Shown piece by piece: positions 57,301 through 64,000 of a stretch of 64,000 nt of DNA (position 1 is the first letter of the stretch; the number at the start of each line of letters is the position of its first letter). This DNA comes from Eledone cirrhosa. Its lineage: Eukaryota. The DNA lies in the NCBI GenBank assembly GCA_964016885.1, contig OZ024743.1, positions 219,914,001 to 219,978,000 of the forward strand, in the 5' to 3' direction. Under the pieces are notes generated by a model. That model was given only the letters and a program-made list of their open reading frames with translations, did no database searches and was not told the origin of the DNA. A program made the translations under genes and the position numbers.

Positions 57301-60300
57301 GTAAATATTTAGGTAGACAACACGTTAAACTAGAAATGTGCAGGGTAGATAGCACACTGATCTGTAAATATTCAGGTAGACAACACCTTAAACTAGAAAT
57401 GTGCAGGGTAGATAGCACACTGATCTGTCAGTATTCAGGTAGACAACACCTTAAACTAGAAATGTGCAGGATTGATAGCACACTGATCTGTAAATTTTCA
57501 GGTAGACAACACGTTAAACTAGAAATGTGCAGGGTAGATAGCACACTGAACTGTAAATATTCAGGTAGACAACACGTTAAACTAGAAATGTGCAGGGTAG
57601 ATAGCACACTGAACTGTAAATATTCAGGTAGACAACACCTTAAACTAGAAATGTGCAGGGTAGATAGCACACTGATCTGTAAATATGCAGGTATACAACA
57701 CGTTAAACTAGAAATGTGCAGGGTAGATAGCACACTGATCTGTAAATATTCAGGTAGACAACACGTTAAACTAGAAATGTGCAGGGTAGATAGCACACTG
57801 ATCTGTAAATATTCAGGTAGACAACACCTTAAACTAGAAATGTGCAGGGTAGATAGCACACTGATCTGTAAATATTCAGGTAGACAACACCTTAAACTAG
57901 AAATGTGCAGGGTAGATAGCACACTGAACTGTAAATATTCAGGTAGACAACACCTTAAACTAGAAATGTGCAGGGTAGATAGCACACTGATCTGTAAATA
58001 TTCAGGTAGACAACACGTTAAACTAGAAATGTGCAGGTTAGATAGCACACTGATCTGTAAATATTCAGGTAGACAACACCTTAAATTAGAAATGTGCAGG
58101 GTAGATAGCACACTGAACTGTAAATATTCAGGTAGACAACACCTTAAACTAGAAATGTGCAGGGTAGATAGCACACTGATCTGTAAATATTCAGGTAGAC
58201 AACACCTTAAATTAGAAATGTGCAGGGTAGATAGCACACTGATCTGTAAATATTCAGGTAGACAACACCTTAAATTAGAAATGTGCAGGGTAGATAGCAC
58301 ACTGAACTGTAAATATTCAGGTAGACAACACCTTAAACTAGAAATGTGCAGGTTAGATAGCACACTGATCTGTAAATATTCAGGTAGACAACACCTTAAA
58401 TTAGAAATGTGCAGGGTAGATAGCACACTGAACTGTAAATATTCAGGTAGACAACACCTTAAACTAGAAATGTGCAGGGTAGATAGCACACTGAACTGTA
58501 AATACTCAGGTAGACAACACCTTAAACTAGAATTATGCAGGGTAGATAGCACACTGATCTGTAAATATTCAGGTAGACAACACGTTAAACTAGAAATGTG
58601 CAGGGTAGATAGCACACTGATCTGTAAATATTCAGGTAGACAACACCTTAAACTAGAAATGTGCAGGGTAGATAGCACACTGAACTGTAAATATTCAGGT
58701 AGACAACACCTTAAATTAGAAATGTGCAGGGTAGATAGCACACTGAACTGTAAATATTCAGGTAGACAACACCTTAAACTAGAAATGTGCAGGGTAGATA
58801 GCACACTGAACTGTAAATATTCAGGTAGACAACACGTTAAACTAGAAATGTGCAGGGTAGATAGCACACTGATCTGTAAATATTCAGGTAGACAACACGT
58901 TAAACTAGAAATGTGCAGGGTAGATAGCACACTGAACTGTAAATATTCAGGTAGACAACACCTTAAACTAGAAATGTGCAGGGTAGATAGCACACTGATC
59001 TGTAAATATTCAGGTAGACAACACCTTAAAACTAGAAATGTGCAGGGTAGATAGCACACTGAACTGTAAATATTCAAGTAGACAACACCTTAAAACTAGA
59101 AATGTGCAGGGTAGATAGCACACTGAACTGTAAATATTCAGGTAGACAACACCTTAAACTAGAAATGTGCAGGGTAGATAGCACACTGAACTGTAAATAT
59201 TCAGGTAGACAACACCTTAAACTAGAAATATGCAGGGTAGATAGCACACTGAACTGTAAATACTCAGGTAGACAACACCTTAAACTAGAATTATGCAGGG
59301 TAGATAGCACACTGATCTGTAAATATTCAGGTAGACAACACGTTAAACTAGAAATGTGCAGGGTAGATAGCACACTGATCTGTAAATATTCAGGTAGACA
59401 ACACCTTAAACTAGAAATGTGCAGGGTAGATAGCAGACTGAACTGTAAATATTCAGGTAGACAACACGTTAAACTAGAAATGTGCAGGGTAGATAGCACA
59501 CTGATCTGTAAATATTCAGGTAGACAACACCTTAAACTAGAAATGTGCAGGGTAGATAGCAGACTGAACTGTAAATATTCAGGTAGACAACACGTTAAAC
59601 TAGAAATGTGCAGGGTAGATAGCACACTGAACTGTAAATATTCAGGTAGACAACACGTTAAACTAGAAATGTGCAGGGTAGATAGCACACTGAACTGTAA
59701 ATATTCATGTAGACAACACCTTTAAATAGAAATGTGCAGGGTAGATAGCACACTGATCTGTAAATATTCAGGTAGACAACACGTTAAACTAGAAATGTGC
59801 AGGGTAGATAGCACACCGATCCGTAAATATTCAGGTAGACAACACCTTAAACTAGAAATGTGCAGGGTAGATAGCACACTGATCTGTAAATATTCAGGTA
59901 GACAACACGTTAAACTAGAAATGTGCAGGGTAGGTAGCACACTGAACTGTAAATATTCAGGTAGACAACACCTTAAATTAGAAATGTGCAGGGTAGATAT
60001 CACACTGAACTGTAAATATTCAGGTAGACAACACGTTAAACTAGAAATGTGCAGGGTAGATAGCACACTGATCTGTAAATATTCAGGTAGACAACACCTT
60101 AAAACTAGAAATGTGCAGGGTAGATAGCACACTGAACTGTAAATATTCAGGTAGACAACACCTTAAAACTAGAAATGTGCAGGGTAGATAGCACACTGAA
60201 CTGTAAATATTCAGGTAGACAACACCTTAAATTAGAAATGTGCAGGGTAGATAGCACACTGATCTGTAAATATTCAGGTAGACAACACCTTAAAACTAGA

Positions 60301-63300
60301 AATGTGCAGGGTAGATAGCACACTGAACTGTAAATATTCAAGTAGACAACACCTTAAAACTAGAAATGTGCAGGGTAGATAGCACACTGATCTGTAAATA
60401 TTCAGGTAGACAACACCTTAAAACTAGAAATGTGCAGGGTAGATAGCACACTGATCTGTAAATATTCAGGTAGACAACACCTTAAAACTAGAAATGTGCA
60501 GGGTAGATAGCACACTGAACTGTAAATATTCAAGTAGACAACACCTTAAAACTAGAAATGTGCAGGGTAGATAGCACACTGAACTGTAAATATTCAAGTA
60601 GACAACACCTTAAAAGTAGAAATGTGCAGGGTAGATAGCACACTGAACTGTAAATATTCAGGTAGACAACACCTTAAAACTAGAAATGTGCAGGGTAGAT
60701 AGCACACTGAACTGTAAATATTCAGGTAGACAACACCTTAAAACTAGAAATGTGCAGGGTAGATAGCACACTGAACTGTAAATATTCAAGTAGACAACAC
60801 CTTAAAACTAGAAATGTGCAGGGTAGATAGCACACTGAACTGTAAATATTCAGGTAGACAACACCTTAAAACTAGAAATGTGCAGGGTAGATAGCACACT
60901 GAACTGTAAATATTCAGGTAGACAACACCTTAAAACTAGAAATGTGCAGGGTAGATAGCACACTGAACTGTAAATATTCAGGTAGACAACACCTTAAAAC
61001 TAGAAATGTGCAGGGTAGATAGCACACTGAACTGTAAATATTCAGGTAGACAACACCTTAAAACTAGAAATGTGCAGGGTAGATAGCACACTGAACTGTA
61101 AATATTCAGGTAGACAACACCTTAAAACTAGAAATGTGCAGGGTAGATAGCACACTGAACTGTAAATATTCAGGTAGACAACACCTTAAAACTAGAAATG
61201 TGCAGGGTAGATAGCACACTGAACTGTAAATATTCAGGTAGACAACACCTTAAAACTAGAAATGTGCAGGGTAGATAGCACACTGAACTGTAAATATTCA
61301 GGTAGACAACACCTTAAAACTAGAAATGTGCAGGGTAGATAGCACACTGAACTGTAAATATTCAGGTAGACAACACCTTAAAACTAGAAATGTGCAGGGT
61401 AGATAGCACACTGAACTGTAAATATTCAAGTAGACAACACCTTAAAACTAGAAATGTGCAGGGTAGATAGCACACTGAACTGTAAATATTCAGGTAGACA
61501 ACACCTTAAAACTAGAAATGTGCAGGGTAGATAGCACACTGAACTGTAAATATTCAGGTAGACAACACGTTAAACTAGAAATGTGCAGGGTAGATAGCAC
61601 ACTGAACTGTAAATATTCATGTAGACAACACCTTAAAATAGAAATGTGCAGGGTAGATAGCACACTGATCTGTAAATATTTAGGTAGACAACACGTTAAA
61701 CTAGAAATGTGCAGGGTAGATAGCACACTGATCTGTAAATATGCAGGTATACAACACGTTAAACTAGAAATGTGCAGGGTAGATAGCACACTGATCTGTA
61801 AATTTTCAGGTAGACAACACGTTAAACTAGAAATGTGCAGGGTAGATAGCACACTGAACTGTAAATATTCAGGTAGACAACACGTTAAACTAGAAATATG
61901 CAGGGTAGATAGCACACTGAACTGTAAATATTCAGGTAGACAACACCTTAAACTAGAAATGTGCAGGGTAGATAGCACACTGATCTGTAAATATGCAGGT
62001 ATACAACACGTTAAACTAGAAATGTGCAGGGTAGATAGCACACTGATCTGTAAATATTCAGGTAGACAACACGTTAAACTAGAAATGTGCAGGGTAGATA
62101 GCACACTGATCTGTAAATATTCAGGTAGACAACACCTTAAACTAGAAATGTGCAGGGTAGATAGCACACTGAACTGTAAATATTCAGGTAGCCAACACCT
62201 TAAACTAGAAATGTGCAGGGTAGATAGCACACTGACCTGTAAATATTCAGGTAGACAACACGTTAAACTAGAAATGTGCAGGTTAGATAGCACACTGATC
62301 TGTAAATATTCAGGTAGACAACACCTTAAATTAGAAATGTGCAGGGTAGATAGCACACTGAACTGTAAATATTCAGGTAGACAACACCTTAAACTAGAAA
62401 TGTGCAGGGTAGATAGCACACTGATCTGTAAATATTCAGGTAGACAACACCTTAAATTAGAAATGTGCAGGGTAGATAGCACACTGATCTGTAAATATTC
62501 AGGTAGACAACACCTTAAATTAGAAATGTGCAGGGTAGATAGCACACTGAACTGTAAATATTCAGGTAGACAACACCTTAAACTAGAAATGTGCAGGGTA
62601 GATAGCACACTGATCTGTAAATATTCAGGTAGACAACATCTTAAACTAGAAATGTGCAGGGTAGATAGCACACTGAACTGTAAATATTCAGGTAGACAAC
62701 ACCTTAAATTAGAAATGTGCAGGGTAGATAGCACACTGAACTGTAAATATTCAGGTAGACAACACCTTAAACTAGAAATGTGCAGGGTAGATAGCACACT
62801 GATCTGTAAATATTCAAGTAGACAACACCTTAAACTAGAAATGTGCAGGGTAGATAGCACACTGAACTGTAAATATTCAGGTAGACAACACGTTAAACTA
62901 GAAATGTGCAGGGTAGATGGCACACTGATCTGTAAATATTCAGGTAGACAACACGTTAAACTAGAAATGTGCAGGGTAGATAGCACACTGAACTGTAAAT
63001 ATTCAGGTAGACAACACCTTAAACTAGAAATGTGCAGGGTAGATAGCACACTGATCTGTAAATATTCAGGTAGACAACACCTTAAAACTAGAAATGTGCA
63101 GGGTAGATAGCACACTGAACTGTAAATATTCAAGTAGACAACACCTTAAAACTAGAAATGTGCAGGGTAGATAGCACACTGAACTGTAAATATTCAGGTA
63201 GACAACACCTTAAACTAGAAATGTGCAGGGTAGATAGCACACTGATCTGTAAATATTCAGGTAGACAACACGTTAAGCTAGAAATATGCAGGGTAGATAG

Positions 63301-64000
63301 CACACTGAACTGTAAATATTCAGGTAGACAACACCTTAAACTAGAAATGTGCAGGGTAGATAGCACACTGAACTGTAAATACTCAGGTAGACAACACCTT
63401 AAACTAGAATTATGCAGGGTAGATAGCACACTGATCTGTAAATATTCAGGTAGACAACACCTTAAACTAAAAATGTGCAGGGTAGATAGCACACTGATCT
63501 GTAAATATTCAGGTAGACAACACCTTAAACTAGAAATGTGCAGGGTAGATAGCAGACTGAACTGTAAATATTCAGGTAGACAACACGTTAAACGAGAAAT
63601 GTGCAGGGTAGATAGCACACTGAACTGTAAATATTCAGGTAGACAACACGTTAAACTAGAAATGTGCAGGGTAGATAGCACACTGAACTGTAAATATTCA
63701 TGTAGACAACACCTTAAAATAGAAATGTGCAGGGTAGATAGCACACTGATCTGTAAATATTCAGGTAGACAACACGTTAAACTAGAAATGTGCAGGGTAA
63801 ATAGCACACTGATCTGTAAATATTCAGGTAGACAACACGTTAAACTAGGAATGTGCAGGGTAGATAGCACACTGATCTGTAAATATTCAGGTAGACAACA
63901 CCTTAAACTAGAAATGTGCAGGATTGATAGCACACTGATCTGTAAATTTTCAGGTAGACAACACGTTAAACTAGAAATGTGCAGGGTAGATAGCACACTG
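15302..64000. repeat. 63-bp tandem satellite array, at least 48.7 kb (~770 monomers), running off the window end
   Basis: Consensus CTGTAAATATTCAGGTAGACAACAC[G/C]TTAAACTAGAAATGTGCAGGGTAGATAGCACACTGA[T/A], head-to-tail in a single orientation. Exact 63-bp phase holds from 15340 to 40855 (405 x 63). Confidence 0.99.

Noticed and set aside
15240-63996. Giant repeat ORFs as annotated protein-coding genes
   Set aside because: Explained by a stop-free 63-bp unit. Stops and frameshifts have been amplified within the array, and there are no unique flanking domains or signs of codon constraint.
15302-64000. CRISPR array
   Set aside because: No unique spacers (the whole unit repeats), no cas genes, and a eukaryotic context.

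Overview
Animal genomic DNA, most likely an octopod cephalopod (inferred from recognisable Octopus-type tRNA-derived SINEs and extreme (TA)n density). The window has three parts. (1) 438-1375 (-) is the terminal, homeobox-containing exon of an Nkx2.2/vnd-class NK2 gene. (2) About 1.4-15.3 kb is repeat-rich non-coding DNA. It holds SINEs, a 5'-truncated R4/Dong-like RLE retrotransposon in a (TAA)n tract, an hAT MITE nested in a SINE, long hairpins, (TA)n-embedded mini-elements and at least two type I hammerhead ribozyme motifs of the Penelope-like (PLE) kind. (3) About 15.3 kb to the window end is a homogeneous 63-bp tandem satellite of about 770 monomers, with block duplications and an expanding 64-bp variant. 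No upstream Nkx2.2 exon (TN domain) is visible, so the satellite may lie inside a giant (>62 kb) intron. The multi-thousand-aa ORFs in the track are by-products of the 63-bp repeat.
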